From assembly GCA_009602735.1 (NCBI GenBank), contig WELA01002336.1:11586-75202 (forward strand): a stretch of DNA of 63,617 nt, written 5' to 3'. This document shows positions 1-13,700 of this stretch, piece by piece. The notes under the pieces were generated by a model, which saw only the letters and a list, made by a program, of their open reading frames with translations, had not been told where the DNA came from and ran no database searches. Made by a program: the position numbers and the translations under genes. This DNA is from Mesotaenium endlicherianum (taxonomy: Eukaryota). Every line of letters starts with the position of its first letter. The stretch's first letter is position 1.

Positions 1-136
1 AGCATCGCCTGCATCTCTTGTTGCTCTCTGGTCATTGTTGGTGCTGCCTGCTGCCCCGCGCGCTCAACATGCTCGACATGTTTGCCTCCTCTAGTTGCCG
101 GCTGCGACTCCATAATATAATGTGCAAACTAGCCCT

Positions 137-894
137 GCTCCGATACCAGATGAAAGGGGCAAAGTGCCCTAGTGGAAGCGTAGTGACTCACGAGGCAAGG
201 AACTAGTTGCCATCATACTAGAGAGTGCAGCAGCATATCACTAACAAAGCTTAGGAAAAATACTCAACATTTTGAGTAGCAAGAATTTGCTCACAATTGA
301 TGTAGGATGAAAGGCCTTGTCATTACAAACCCGTAGAAATTTACAAAAGTGAAAACTGATAAAAAGCAAAGAAGTTATGCCTATTTATAATTTTCTGCCT
401 AAGTGCTCCTCCCTAGGAGGAAGCTACGGATTTTCCTAAGTGTTCGTCAAATCGTCCCTTCCAGAATATTCGTGAGTAAGCCAGATCAGTCTAATCTGAC
501 GTGTCGGGCCGAATTGACGTCCACATACATGCATCGACATTACTAGAATATTCTATCTTAGACGCGCTAGGCTAAACCGAAACTTCTAGGTAAATCGACC
601 TAGTCGGCACGCCGCGTCAGCCGAACTTACGTGAAGGTTCGAGTTCATTCTAACGGGCCAGATCGCTCGACGCTGTCGGTCAATCCGACGGTCTCGCTCA
701 CCGCGAATTAAGGACAGTCGTCAACCGACCTCAAAACTAATTAAACTTCAGAAATCCGTAACTCTCTCAATACTTGACCAAATTCGATGAACTTTATATC
801 AAAATGATCACAAAAATGCACTCTACACTACTATACAATCAAAACATACTTTCATGAAACTCAAAAATGCACTTTATAAACCTATGACGTTACA
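137..894 (-). mobile_element. LTR retrotransposon 5' end: putative LTR (~151-894) plus tRNA-Met primer-binding site (137-148); internal region runs off the left edge
   Basis: The minus strand reads ...CCCCTTTCA(151)-TC-TGGTATCGGAGC, a canonical initiator-tRNA-Met PBS 2 nt after a CA end. A TATAAATAG box lies at 381-389 (minus). The likely LTR start is TGTAACGTC at 894, but this boundary is less certain. 340-597 is similar to the LTR fragment at ~24950-25170. Confidence 0.7.
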
Positions 895-1613
895 GTTTGA
901 TAAGCGTGAAAATTGTCAATTGCTCACTTTGCCAATTGTGCTCGAAACACCTAAACCTCACTAAAGGCAATGTTTTGCAATGCAACTTTTGTTGCAACGG
1001 GTCGTCAGCTGCTACAACCACTTGAAATGAATCGACTTACCAATAGGCGATAACCATTAATAAAAAATATTTATATCAACAAGTAAACTTTATGGTATTT
1101 ATTTTTTATGGTTACTTAGTAATCAGCAAAAGACTCCACAACTAGCAATACAATATTGACATATCAAATGCAAGTAAATGAGCATCAGCCATGGAATCAG
1201 TAAACTCATATATAAGCAAAGTTAGAACCCGTTTGTATCAATGGCTTCTCGCCTCGGATTCACATCTCTCCCAGTAAGCGAATACAAGAGAGTTGGCCTC
1301 GTTTTCGAATGCCGAACTCGAGAGCATGACCTGACCTATGTACATGGAATGAGTTTGATGTTCAACGGCAAGTGCGATGGCATCGCCTACCCGGGAGTTA
1401 ACGATGTCGATAGGACCTCGGTTAACCAAATCCACAGCCATCTCCCACCATCCCAAATCGCCATCCACCCCAAGGGTGTCATCTGGCCACTCATCTTGTA
1501 ACGTTTCTGCAAAACATTCTAACTTCTGAGAATGTTCTCCTTGGTATTCAAGGAATATTTGAAAATAGCGGAAAGAAAATATCTCTCCTGGGATATTTGC
1601 TAACTCCAAGAGA

Positions 1614-1693
<80 letters not shown>

Positions 1694-1694
1694 N

Positions 1695-1745
<51 letters not shown>
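1614..1745. repeat. (TG)n-(AG)n compound microsatellite
   Basis: Read directly; it produces the spurious poly-SL and poly-ER ORFs. Confidence 0.95.
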
Positions 1746-1747
<2 letters not shown>

Positions 1748-2104
1748 TATAACATTCGTGCTTGTGAGAGTTGCACTCACAATGACTCTTGCAGGTATTT
1801 ATACCTGTACGACGTGAGGCGCTGGAGTGCTTCGAGTCACCACCTAGAGCACTGGTCAAAATCAGTCAAATGGATGTGACCCATTTGACTGAATGCTCAA
1901 AATCGTGCCATGTGGCAATTTTGAGACTCTTTGACGAATCGAGAAGAATCGTTGCACGCCGAATCGGCGTAGTCATGTCATCGCGTCTTTTGAAATAGAC
2001 GTGATTGTTTGTAGTCATGTCAAATTAGCGTCTTTTTGAATAGACGTACGTGACCGTTTGCGGAGTCGCGTACATGTGCTTTCATCATGACCGCGTAGTT
2101 TGTA

Positions 2105-2178
2105 AAACTACTTTGCCAATTGGTTAGATGTGAACGTTTCAAACAAGAAGTTGCGGGTTTGAATCCGCTCGGATGCAA
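2105..2178 (+). pseudogene. Degenerate tRNA-like / SINE-head relic (Pol III A-box and B-box remnants)
   Basis: TTGCCAATTGGTTAG (A-box/D-arm-like) and GCGGGTTTGAATCCGC (B-box/T-arm-like; consensus GGTTCGAATCC) at tRNA-like spacing. No intact cloverleaf. Confidence 0.35.
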
Positions 2179-3192
2179 AGCGACTTTGTATATTTCGTTT
2201 CGTTTGAGTTGTACAACTTTGTTCGATTTTAACGACTTGTTGTTGACCCAAAATCAGTGACTGTGCATTATCTAAATAATGACAGTCAATCTAACTTTAT
2301 CAATCCTCAATTGATTAGGTTATCATCTCCTAATCAATCAAGGTACTTTTATGAATGACTGTGGCGTACTATTGCGAAGTAGGCAAAGTACTTTACGCCG
2401 CTTTTTGCAATAGCATCTTGACCGCTTCGCTAATTGACCAGGGATTAGTCGGCACAAGTGTGTGGCAAATAATTCATCAAGATTCAATCATTTATCGAAT
2501 AATATGTTAATAAATAACGTGCGTATTTTAAGTAATTGGGAAAACGTCCCAAATACGCCTAAAATAGCTCAGATTGTTACACATCTAGCATATCACTTTT
2601 AGATGCATAACTAGGCCGTTCACTGGTACCGAGTACGGCAGTCAACTGACTGTCAAAGAATGTGACAGCAAGCTAACCGATAACAGACTTCAGCTTGCTG
2701 CTCTCGGCTAAGTCATTATACTAAATAATCCTAAAAGTCCAGCAGACTCAATGTTCATTGAATTTTAGCAGACCGAAAGTTAATTAATTATATCTGAATG
2801 AATACTACACTATCAATAATACTGATTCATTATACTACTCAACCATCCACTCCTTTAACCTACACATTAAGAGTTGCAACGGGTCGGGCACAAGCCTCAA
2901 TTATGTACCAACACCCGTAACAGCCATGTGCAAGAGAATTAATTTTCTCTTATTTGGCATTTACTTGTCAATTGGCAATAAATTGCGAAGAAAATTGTCT
3001 CTTGTGTGTATGCTGTGCATGCCCAGATAAAGTGAAATATGTGTGAATGGTCAACAACTTCTTATCCGAACTCTTAATTTCTTAACACGAGCCCGACACA
3101 CAGTCAAATAGACATAACGAACAATAAAGGTAATTGTAGCCTAACTGACGCTCGCATGCATTCATACAGGTTTTAGCGGCAAAGGGTGCCAT

Positions 3193-3534
3193 CGTAGTTT
3201 TAAAAAACGGATATGGGCTCTACGGATACGTATTTACAGGTGTATCAAAACTATACGTAAAATGCGCCAAAATACGCCAAGCGTGTTTGCGGTTGTAACT
3301 TTTGGAAAGTATGACATTTTTGTCGATCGCGTTAGATGGAGAATGACGAGCGCATCAAGCGTAGATGGTCAAAAAAAATTAAAAAAAATGTCAACCATCC
3401 GCCTATAGACAAGAAAATCTTATTTTGGTGTTAAATAAAAAAACGGACCACTATTATTTAAAGATTTTTTTTGATACGTATACGGAGTATCGGTATGGCA
3501 AGCTCGGCCGATACGCAAGTATCTTAAAATTAGA
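3193..3534. mobile_element. hAT-type non-autonomous DNA transposon (MITE), 342 bp
   Basis: 8-bp target-site duplication GGTGCCAT at 3185-3192 and 3535-3542. Imperfect terminal inverted repeats CGTAGTTTTAAAAAAC / GTATCTTAAAATTAGA. Multiple subterminal (A)TACG motifs. Confidence 0.75.
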
Positions 3535-4100
3535 GGTGCCATTAGCCAGCAGGGGTGGGGGGCTCGCATGTTCTTGTAGCGTCTAACGGTGCGGGGTGCT
3601 TGTAATAAATCTGTACATTGGTTATTTGATTACTTGCATATATCACTAAATAAGTACTATGTCAATATACTCACATGTGCGAATTCATCTGAACGAATGT
3701 ATGTTAATATAACGCGGGTTTACTCACTTTGTTGGAAAGATCAGCAAGATGACTTATGCATCTTAACGTGCTTCAGTGACTTTGTCGATTGTTGCCAAGA
3801 GTATGTAAATTGTCATGTATCATAAGTAGACCGATATGTAGACATAGTTAAGTTGCGTGATTATACTTAGTATGCTTATCATTATTAGGCTCTGTACGCT
3901 GAGAATAGATATATTGATTTGGATGATTACTATAGATTGGCACATGTGACCGATCCTTAGCATACTAGTTGGGAGGTTGACTATTATTCGATGAATTAAT
4001 GTCCTACCAGTGTGGTTGAATCTTGGGTGGGCTGAACCGTCGTCATTGAGCTAAATAAGTAGGACTTTAATCAGCGAACCAAATAATATGATTGTTGTAC

Positions 4101-4346
4101 CCTGATTTTGAAATTCGGATACGGCGCATATGGATTCGCCAATTCGCCGTACGTACAGAACGTGAGAGTCAAATCTGTACGTTGGAAACGCAGGAATACG
4201 TGAGTGTCGGTGGAATAAACCGACTATAAATCGGAAATAAATCAAAAAAATTTGGTTACACGCCAATGCGGAGTATCACAATACGGAGTATTGCAACACG
4301 TACGATTCGGCCAAAAGAGGCTGTACGGGAGTATTTTAAAACTAGG
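4101..4346. mobile_element. hAT-type MITE, 246 bp, related to 3193-3534
   Basis: 8-bp TSD TGTTGTAC at 4093-4100 and 4347-4354. TIRs CCTGATTTTGAAAT / ATTTTAAAACTAGG. Same ATACGG subterminal motifs as the neighbouring element. Confidence 0.75.
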
Positions 4347-5099
4347 TGTTGTACTTTTTGACATGTGGGTCCCAACTTAACGGGTTTCCAACGAAATGGT
4401 GCACCTTGCGCCGAGGTCAACTAGGTGGTCACTAAGTACATAGCAGGGTGAAATTTTGTGGTCCCTCATTCTGAATAGTAGGCTTTACAGTCGGATTTTT
4501 TCTTGCAAGTCTTGTGGTGCACTTTTGGGTACGTTATTATGAGCACTTTCATGCAAGTTAACATGGCCCCTTCGTGTGTTCATCAAATTCTGCGAATTAG
4601 GACATTTCAGAAAGGTCTTGTCAATACGTGTCCGTTGCCGTTAAGTCTGCTGAAGTTGGTCAAGTATTAACTTCTTCTAATGTCTTTGAATCACAAAATG
4701 GGCAGTATCATGATTTGCACCTAAGTCAGTACAATGTGTTTGAGCTATGTTATGGTCATCTGAATGAGAACGCCTTTGCTTTTCAATCCTCTGATGTTGT
4801 ATGTGTGCCTATTTTGCTTGTATACCTGGTAGACAAGAGTTCATGAGTTTCAAAGGGGGAAGTTCTAGTCCTCAAGTTTGTCTCCTTCTTGTACCTTGAG
4901 TTAGTGTGCAACTATGGCACACTACGATAAGTGAGTCAAGGTGTATAGATCAGTAAATTGAATTCATTATAAGGGCGAAGATTGCTCCCTAGTGTTCACG
5001 CTTCCAACTAACTTTAACCTTATACATTTATATCAAATATATTTTTTACATAAGCAAGATTCAATTCAGTGCCATAATTAGCCAGCAAAAGTGGGGGTG

Positions 5100-8000
5100 A
5101 AATCGGCCGAAACGTTCTCATTGGCGTAACCTGTGGCAAAGACGTCGCAGACAAATTTTATAAGCAAACCTGATGTTATTTGAGTAATATATTACATAAT
5201 ACAAGGTAGATCGTACAATATTGAGGATAATTGGTCAAAGAAACTCATGCGGTTGTTCTTGCCGAGCTTAGCAAATTTTGAGGCGCAGCCATTAGGTCTT
5301 CAAGTGAAGTCATCGCTCCTCTACATGTTGACAAGATGTTCGAGTTGAGAGTCACCATAATAAAGCAACGCAAGGGGGACGTCTTCTGCCTCTGTGAAGG
5401 TCGTGGTCATCACTTGCAGTTCCTCCTGCTACCACTTCTTTACGAATGAGCATATACGTCATATTTTTTGTCTCTTAAATTTAGGAGGCTAAACGATGTA
5501 GATGTCTCTCGCTGTCACCTCATGCAATTCCCGTGAGCTCCAATCCATTCAAAATTATCAACCATTGTTATTTCTTGCAATTAGAAGTCTTGAGGTATCA
5601 ATTTTTTTTCTTGCTTGATTATATGCTAACTGAACCATCAAATCAAACTCTACTAATCTTGAGACAAGAACAAAAGTGTACTCAACAAGAGCTGCTGACT
5701 ATCAACTACACATTGTGTGAGTATAGAAAATAAGAGGACACGGCAGCAAACATGACTTGTAGACTACCTTAAAAACTTGGGAAGGTGCTGGTTATGCATA
5801 CATCGCTCTCAAATTTGAGCATTTTGTAGTGATATGTCACGAAGTTAACACTACGTGTACCGTGTACCACTATATATGAATCTTGATAGACATATGGTTC
5901 CATAATGGGCACTTCTTAAATGAATGTTCTATCTCTCATGACTTACTTCAAGATGATGTGCTTTACGTTCAAAATTTGGGTCAAGAGTGTAGAGGTGGGG
6001 GAAATATAAATTGCCTCATTGCGATGATTGAGTCAAAACTTATAAGACCTAGCGAGACACATAAAGTCCTCAGTTGTCAAAAAAAAAACCATCATATCTT
6101 ACCTGTCATTTTAGCTCCAATATTGTACGATTTATGCTCTATAGTTGACAAAGGATCCTTGTATATATATGAGATTCAAGTAACTTCCTTTGACCCTCGT
6201 TTGCATCTCCAGTGGCCAAATATAACCTATTTTGTATTCAACATTTTTAAGTCTTTTAATCAATTTAATCATTATTAAAAAGAAAGCGGGAAGATAAGAT
6301 CTTGATAAATTGCTTCCATGCCCAACTCTGCATTTCGTCTCAAATCATCAAGCTTTTTTTTTTGGTGTAAATTCATGAATATTTCATTCTACATCATTTT
6401 GCCTATGCCATTATCGCCTTGTTGACCAGTCAAATGGTTGCTAGTCAATGGATACAAGTCCAAATCTCACAACTTAAGTGCGTAAGGTAGCCAAATTAAA
6501 AGGCCACGATAAACAAGAGATATTATGTCAAAGCTTAAGACTCGCTTTTGTGCACATGAGAAATATACTTTTTTCTTTCGCGCACTTTCACACCTGTGGG
6601 AGGTACACAACAAAATTGAACTAAAATCATGGGAAATTTAGCCTATCCAAAACTATGGAATGTTGGTTGCGAGTACATGTACACCACTTATGTGCACCTA
6701 TTGTTGATTTTTGAATAAAGAATATTGAACTTGGAACCATGATGATTCTTTTGGTGTTGCATCCTAGTGTTAAGGCTACGCTTCTATGTAGTATGTCACG
6801 AAGTTAAGGCTACATATACTGATCATTTTTCTTTCTATAAGTTGGATGTAAGCAGCATCAGAGCGCTTGTTATTATTCTGCCAGCTGGTTTTTCTACACA
6901 TATTTAGTCATTTGATTGTTGCTCATGCCCTGCAATATAAAGGCCTCCATCATAAATTAAATCGGTACGTTTTCTTTGATCAGAATGAACTGACTGAGAT
7001 GATGAAAATATGAAGACAAGCCAAGTGAACTCCACCATGGCTCAGGATGCCATTGCATGTAGAGAGCATGCTGCAGACATATCTGCTAGTTTTGAATCCC
7101 TCCACATGTCAGTCGTCTCGAAGCACTTGGAGTATACAGATGGTTTTTTTTTGTATAATTTTCATAGGGCTATGGTTGCAGACCTTATCCATATCTACCA
7201 AACAATGTTAGTCAATGGAGTGCATTGTTGCGTAGCTACCTGAGCATACATTGTATGATCCCTTGTTTTTTCGCTTTTACAAGAGCTCCAATCGCGTCCT
7301 AATATTGCTCAAGAAGAAACTCTTACGCCTCATAGGGGACCCTGGCCTTCAATGCAGGTGTTGGCTGCCTTTGCAAAGACTTGGCAAGAGTCAAGTAATG
7401 CATCCTTGATTCTTTATGTCCAACTTTTGACGATAAATAGTTATTAAGTAAGCAAAAAGATGTGGTTTGTTCAGCCTGAAGCTGTCTTTTGCTTGCTGAT
7501 AAAGCCTTAGGCTCTCTTTTGTCCACCTCCAGAGCTGTGGGTTGGATCGACCTACAATATGTACCTTAACCACTAACAAATGCATAGCATATACGTATAG
7601 CTACAAACCTTCAATGCACAGCCTTGAGAAGCGTGTTATGTCCGTTTTCCTTTACAGTCCACACCCTATCAAATGCACAAAGCAACGTGTGTGGGAGCTG
7701 TATTATTGTTGCTCGTGGCGCCAGCTCATGACTTGTAGTGCTACTCACTATCTGTCAGCTGATTGAATAGTTATCTCAAGTGCATCATGTAGAGCACTGG
7801 GGAGGAACAGTACATTTTTGAGCATTTTGCAAGCTGTCAAAAGCTTAGTTACTCTTAAAAGTGTGTACCAATTTTTTTAAATAAAGTTCTAGAGTACTAA
7901 CTGGTCATCATAGTCTATTGTGCACTCTATCACATCATGTGGGATTGCAATGCTTTCTATAGCGTTGCTTGTTCATCCGGTGAGTGACTTTGTGATGGAC

Positions 8001-8700
8001 TCCTTAGGAGTACTACATTGGCATGCATGAGGCATATGTCATCTCTAGAAATTTAAGCTCTCCCTACCTCGTCTGCTTGTTGGCAGGTGAACGGTGGCAA
8101 ATTAACTATGTTATAAGAGTACTGTGCGTCTGAGTTGGTCAAATGCTGCGACCTTGTTTATTGATTGAGTTGACAATCATCATCTTACAGCTATCTCTAA
8201 CGCTACTCAAGACACTGAAGTGAGCATGGCATTGGACAATATCAATATCAAAAGACAAAGCTATAAATTTCTGGATAACCAATTTTGTTCGAAGAAAGGA
8301 AGGGAATACACCTTAATTTTACATGTAAAGGAATACGAGGAGACCAGACTTCTGGTCTGATTACTGAGGCCTGGCCAAAGGTAAAAATGGTCGACAGAGC
8401 ATGCCCACTCGTTGCGAGGCTAGAATAGCTGTACCTAACATCAAGTCATATATGAAATGAAAGACTATTTGTGCCTATGGTCACGACCACTCCACCCATA
8501 TGGGTGAATGTGTATAAAGCTCCAACGATACTCCACACAAGATTAACTACAGGTGCTGAAGTAAAGGTGGAAGCCAAGAATGAAGTTCCATCAGAAGCTT
8601 CTGCATATGTATCCAAACTGACTCCTATATGTGTCCCTCTCGTCTCATCTAGTACCAACGAGAAAAGTAGTCAAACTACAGAAATTAATGCATCAATTGC
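5100..8700 (-). pseudogene. Decayed coding-like relic, probably transposon-derived; family not identified
   Basis: AT-rich DNA with short protein-like minus-strand segments broken by stops (e.g. KKKLDDLRRNAELGMEAIYQDL near 6300-6365; HIVGRSNPQLWRWTKE near 7515-7560). A 16-bp direct repeat TATGTCACGAAGTTAA lies at 5833 and 6792. Confidence 0.25.
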
Positions 8701-9050
8701 ACATAATTTCAAACTGACTACTTTATAGACCTCCAGTTCTAGCTACCACTTCTAACCTCAGAGATCTAAGGAGAACCAATTTATTGAAAGTACATATTTG
8801 ACACAAGTAAGCCGCTACTGACCTTCCCATGGTTGTCGGAAGAAACCCTGCATCCATCTAGATGCAGTTATTGTAGCATGTGGCTTAATAAATAACCTGA
8901 ATTGAGACATGGGTGTATGAACAAGAAAAGTACCCGAGCCCCACAAACATCTCACAGAAAGTCACACTCTACATGAATGACGTCAAACACTTGCACCCAT
9001 CTGCTCCACGCGTACAAACAACTCCTAAAGCCCTCGAATGCACTCTCAGG

Positions 9051-10710
9051 TCACACCAGGTCATCTCCTATGACCCTCTCGGCCGAGCTTTCTCCTTCCT
9101 CTTCTTCGATAGGAATAATCACATGCAGGTCGCCATAGGCCGACGGGCATGGGCTGGTTTCAACACGAGTCTCCACCACTGAAGCTGGTCCGGGACTCCA
9201 ACCTTCAAGTTGGTCCTGGCTCCCCATAGAGCTGGAGTCGGGGCTCTGGCTCTGGCCTTGACCCTGGCTGAGCATTGAGCTCAGGCTAGGGCTGGTGTCA
9301 GGACCTGAGCTGGGGCTAGGGCTCCGGGTCTGGCTCTGGCTCTGGCTCTGGCTGGGACTGAACTCGGGGCTGGAGCTGGGGCTGGGGCTGGGGCTTAGGC
9401 TCTGGCTCCCGCTTTGGCTCTGACTCTGGCTCTGGCTCTGGCTGGGACTGGCGTCGGGGCTGGAGCTGGAGCTGGGGCTGGGGCTGGGGCTGAGGTTCTG
9501 GTCCTGGCTGAGGTCTTGGCCTTGGACTTGCACTTGGCCAGCATCAGGTGCGTCACTTGGCGGCGCAGAAGGTGCAGGCTCCGGCGCTTCTGGTGCAAGC
9601 GATACTCGGCAAGTGGGGCAAGTGAGGTGGTCCCTCAGCCACTTGTCGATACAGACCTGCTCGTCAGAAATCAGGATGGAGGGATATAGGTCAGGCTCGC
9701 GCAGAAGCAGACGGTACAGATGTAGGCAGGGACCAAAAAAAGAGCGAGAGTTGAGCTTAAGAAGCAACTTTGGGACCTTTGCTAGGAGTTGTAACGAGGA
9801 GCTATTTTTAAGGAGGACCGATGCTCGAGGGTCTAGCGTACATGTCTTCAAGTACAACCCTCCACATAAGCAACAACTTTATTTTTGTTCTCACTCTGAC
9901 GTACGACATACAGTTGTTCAGCAACCTTCACCGCACATTCATGGCAACAGCAGTACCTTTGAAACTGGCTGTACACCTAAGCTGCTACATGAGCACTTCT
10001 TAAGGGGAGAAGATAACTTGGAAAAGCAATGGCTATATAGACCTTCAATGGGATTTTACGATGAGGAAAAGGGTCCCACTTCTAATAAAAACGTGACTGA
10101 GTCCTGCAAATCAGACCTCAATCAAACAGCAAACTTGGGTAGCATATCAGGTGGCTGAGAAGACAATGCGCTTGCCCCATACCCGATGAAAGAAGTGCCT
10201 GCACTTCTCCACCTCTCGGATGCTCACATTCTCTATGTACTCCTCGAGGCAGATGTTGCAGCAGTCTCCATCCTCATCTGCTGCAGCCTCTGCTTTTTCC
10301 TGACATGGGTACGCATAAAGACGCCCCACCCGTGCAATGGAGTCCAAATCGAGGCCGTTTTCACCGTTACTTCTCCGCCAGGTTTCTATGTTTTCAAGGA
10401 CCTGCCTCCAAGTGAGCTGAACGCCACCATGAAGTTCGAGCACAACATCCAGGGAGGGATCCTGAGCCTGGTTCGCAGAGGCCCCTGAGCCAAGTGGCGC
10501 CCGGCCGATGGCTGTAGAGATGCTACTCCCAGCAGGGCCCTGACCATTCCTGACGAAGCTACTGGCGGCAGATGACCTCCGCATTAATCTATTAAACCCG
10601 CTCAATATTGCGTCGGCATACAAGATAATCAACCGAAGTAACATGATTGCCAAAATGAAGGTGACTAGCGTTTTCAGTACAAGCCCAGCAATCTCAATAG
10701 CAACAGCCAT
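9051..10710 (-). CDS. ATL-family RING-H2 E3 ubiquitin ligase with N-terminal TM helix and Ser/Pro/Gln-rich tail (~377 aa)
   Basis: Exons 10710-10183 and 9656-9051 (GT-AG, phase 0) join to give CNICLEEYIENVSIREVEKCRHFFHR|VCIDKWLRDHLTCPTCR, a RING-H2 C3H2C3 domain. Hydrophobic N-terminal helix and GLD motif (NGLDLDSI) are typical of ATLs. Confidence 0.9.
9235..9495 (-). repeat. Coding hexamer repeats encoding (SP)n and (SQ)n blocks in three higher-order units
   Basis: GGGGCT and CTGGCT arrays on the + strand; the translation is [22 protein letters not shown].. / [20 protein letters not shown].. / SPSPSSGPDTSPS.. Confidence 0.85.
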
Positions 10711-13700
10711 TTGTGCAAATGTATGGTCAGCTCTACCGCAGATTCTGGACTAAAAGGCGTTGATACCTGAAAGCTGTAAGAGTCAGCTTCATTTTAAGGA
10801 AGTGTGAAAACGGCGCAGATACTTTCTTCTGGCGAAGGTCAGCTATGCTCAGAAGTATAGCCCTCATTGCTGGCATGTACTCTAAGGCTTCCCTGACACC
10901 GGCTTTGTAGTCACCGAGCTGGCGAATGATGGAAAAGTCTTTTGCAAACAAGTACTAGGTCTCCTTCCGCCTGTGGACTGAGCTAATATAGCGCAGTATA
11001 GTGATATGACCTTTTTTGTGCGCGCTCTCTGGAAGGCAGCGATTGCTGCAGCTAGCAGTTGATTGCACTTCTGCTCTGGCCAGGCTCTGGACCGGCTCTT
11101 GTGCTCTTTGGCCCTCACGGATGGTTGCAGACGGGAGCAGACTGGAGCAGAGAGGAGCCCACTTCGATGCTGACACTTGGCGAATGACTACAAACTATCG
11201 TACCCGAGAAGGATTTGGGCGTTGACCGTAGCTGGTGGCGCTTTGGGGTGGGCTCGAGTTGGCTCGGGCTAGATTCGGCGCCGGTGCACACGACTGGGCT
11301 CGAACGAACCTAGCAGAACACTAGGTTGGTTCACTGCTCTATTGTGGGGCATGTGTGCCTTGATCACAAGGATATACTAGTAGTTTTCTCATTATCCTCG
11401 TATTTTGTACACCACCTTCACATTAATAAACTTACACTAGTAGAGGAGAAAAAGGAAATAAGAAACAGGCAGAAAGAAAGGACAAAAGTTAATCATGAGT
11501 ATATGACACAGAAGCTAGCTTTCTCAAGCTTTGTGAAGTCCAAACTTTGTTGGTTGCATTCCTTAAGCTCCTAGTGGTTCTTTGTGAGAGGCAGTTCAAG
11601 AGCTTCAGAAGCCAAAACTTGACTGCAAAACAAAAATGTCTCTATAGCTTTGATGGTACACGACACTTAGAATCACAAGACTAGTGGCTCCTTATTAGAC
11701 TGTTTAGCATATGTAGCATATCATGAGCCAATCTCAAGAGTGGCATTTGCACCCGCTACTTAGAGGCTGGCTCACGATTTGACACTTGGTAGAGTATAAT
11801 CCACAAAATACTTGCACTGTGGGCACTAACAAACTGAAGTAGGTGCCTACACTATCTTGTGTCAAAGCTTATTTAACAACTTTGTATTATGTGTCATGTC
11901 CATAACTTACACAACATACTCCGACGTGTACTTCATTGTACTTCAGGGTGTCCCCCATCCTGAGAAAGCTACATAAACATTGGTAAAGGTACTGCGTGAA
12001 GCAAAAATTTGTTGAAGCAACCCAAGACCTTCGATTTGATCATTTGAAATGATTAGTATACGTTCATGCTGAAATCTGCACGGAGACGTGTCTTTATTCA
12101 GTCCAGTCTCGTGTTCAATGAGCGAACAGGCCAAATTAGCACGGGGCGCCGGGTCATAGTCCCTCTCGGGAGTGCTATGAGGCGTTTGAGACCAATGGCG
12201 GCTTACGATGATTTACACCTGTATATTGTGCTGACTCGCATTATCTGACAGCTGCTGCTCCTATTGCTCCCTCTGCTGCCTGATTCTGCCTAACATTTTT
12301 TCCCAAGGATTTGCTGTTGCTGCTATCGTTGCCCAGCTACTCCTGCAAGGGTTGTACATGCGGCTTTTCTTCCCTGCTTGTTGCTCCTGCTGCTGAGGTT
12401 CCGGAAAGAGCAGATGACTTCACCACTAAGAGAAGGGAGAGGAATAGAAGATTGGTGCCAAAAAATGTGGGTGTGAAACTATGATATTCATGCAGAAGTG
12501 TTGATCACACCTGTCAAACAAACAGTGGTGATGCATCTGCATGGATTGCAATGGCCTGTTCCCCCCCTATAACACGCTGGCGCAGTCTCCAATGAGAGTT
12601 ACGCTCATAGCATTATAGTATGTGAGACGCGTGGTACTCATAGCCCCGCCCAAGTAGAGACCATGTCAAAAGTTCTGCATAGGTGTGCCTGTTTATCTCG
12701 TCAGATGTCCAAATATATGGTCCTACATGTGGCGTACGATGTTCAATGAAAATTCAAGACTCACATTTATACCCACTTGCTACAGAGAAAAGTATTAATA
12801 CACCTGCACTTTCCAACGTGAGGAACTCTAAGATGTGCATGCAAAAAATGAAGTAACTGATGCACTATGCTAGTACTTTTTGTTGTCTCACAGTAGGTAG
12901 CTTGTTGAGCGAAGGAGGATACACTGCCAGTACTTTGCTGTTGACTTTACAATAAGTTACACAAGAAGTCGAAAGAAGGCAATGGAATAGCTAAGTCACA
13001 TGTTACGCAGGAATTTGCAACTACCAGCATTAAGAAACTGTGATACAAACAAGATAAGCGTGCCTGCCGTGCCGTTACAGGGTTTGCTGGAGAGGAAGAG
13101 AGAGGGAAGGGGGGGGAGGGAAAGGGCGAGAGAAAGGGATACCCGAGCATGTGAGCATGAGGGCAAGCAACGCCAGCTCGCGTATACCATACGTTCACTA
13201 GGATGTAACTACATTGTGTAGCACAACCATAGCTGACGCAGCTATTGCTCTTCCTCTGAGGGCGACTGCCAACTAACTCAGCGACCTAGCCTCCTCCAGT
13301 CGCTAGTCCTTGCAACTGGACATATAGATAATGTTTCTTTAGAATCCCAGACTGACGAGCAATTCTAAGTGAATGGCTGAGCCTCTGCAACTTCCATGAT
13401 GCCCCATCAAATCCAGCCGCAAGACTTATTCTTAAGCACCAGCAAAGCTTGATAACATGACACCTGGGAAATGATACCTGGGAGGGTCTCGTCTCCGGCA
13501 GCCACATCAGCACACAAAGCTTCAACCTCTTGAAGAGCCTAATCTGGATGCTCCATACTCCATATTAAACGCAACAAGAAAATTGATTGAGGCGTAGGAT
13601 GTCATGACGTGGAACACCCTTGACGCCCTACGACAGTTCCTTGACATTCAAGGAGGAGATGAAGGGCCGTACCTTGCCATTATAGCAATCTATGAAAATC

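Noticed and set aside
2105..2178. Functional tRNA gene
   Set aside because: Acceptor and anticodon stems do not form; kept only as a relic.
2867..3077. Additional MITE bounded by TTAAGAGTT / AACTCTTAA
   Set aside because: Only a 9-bp inverted match and no target-site duplication.
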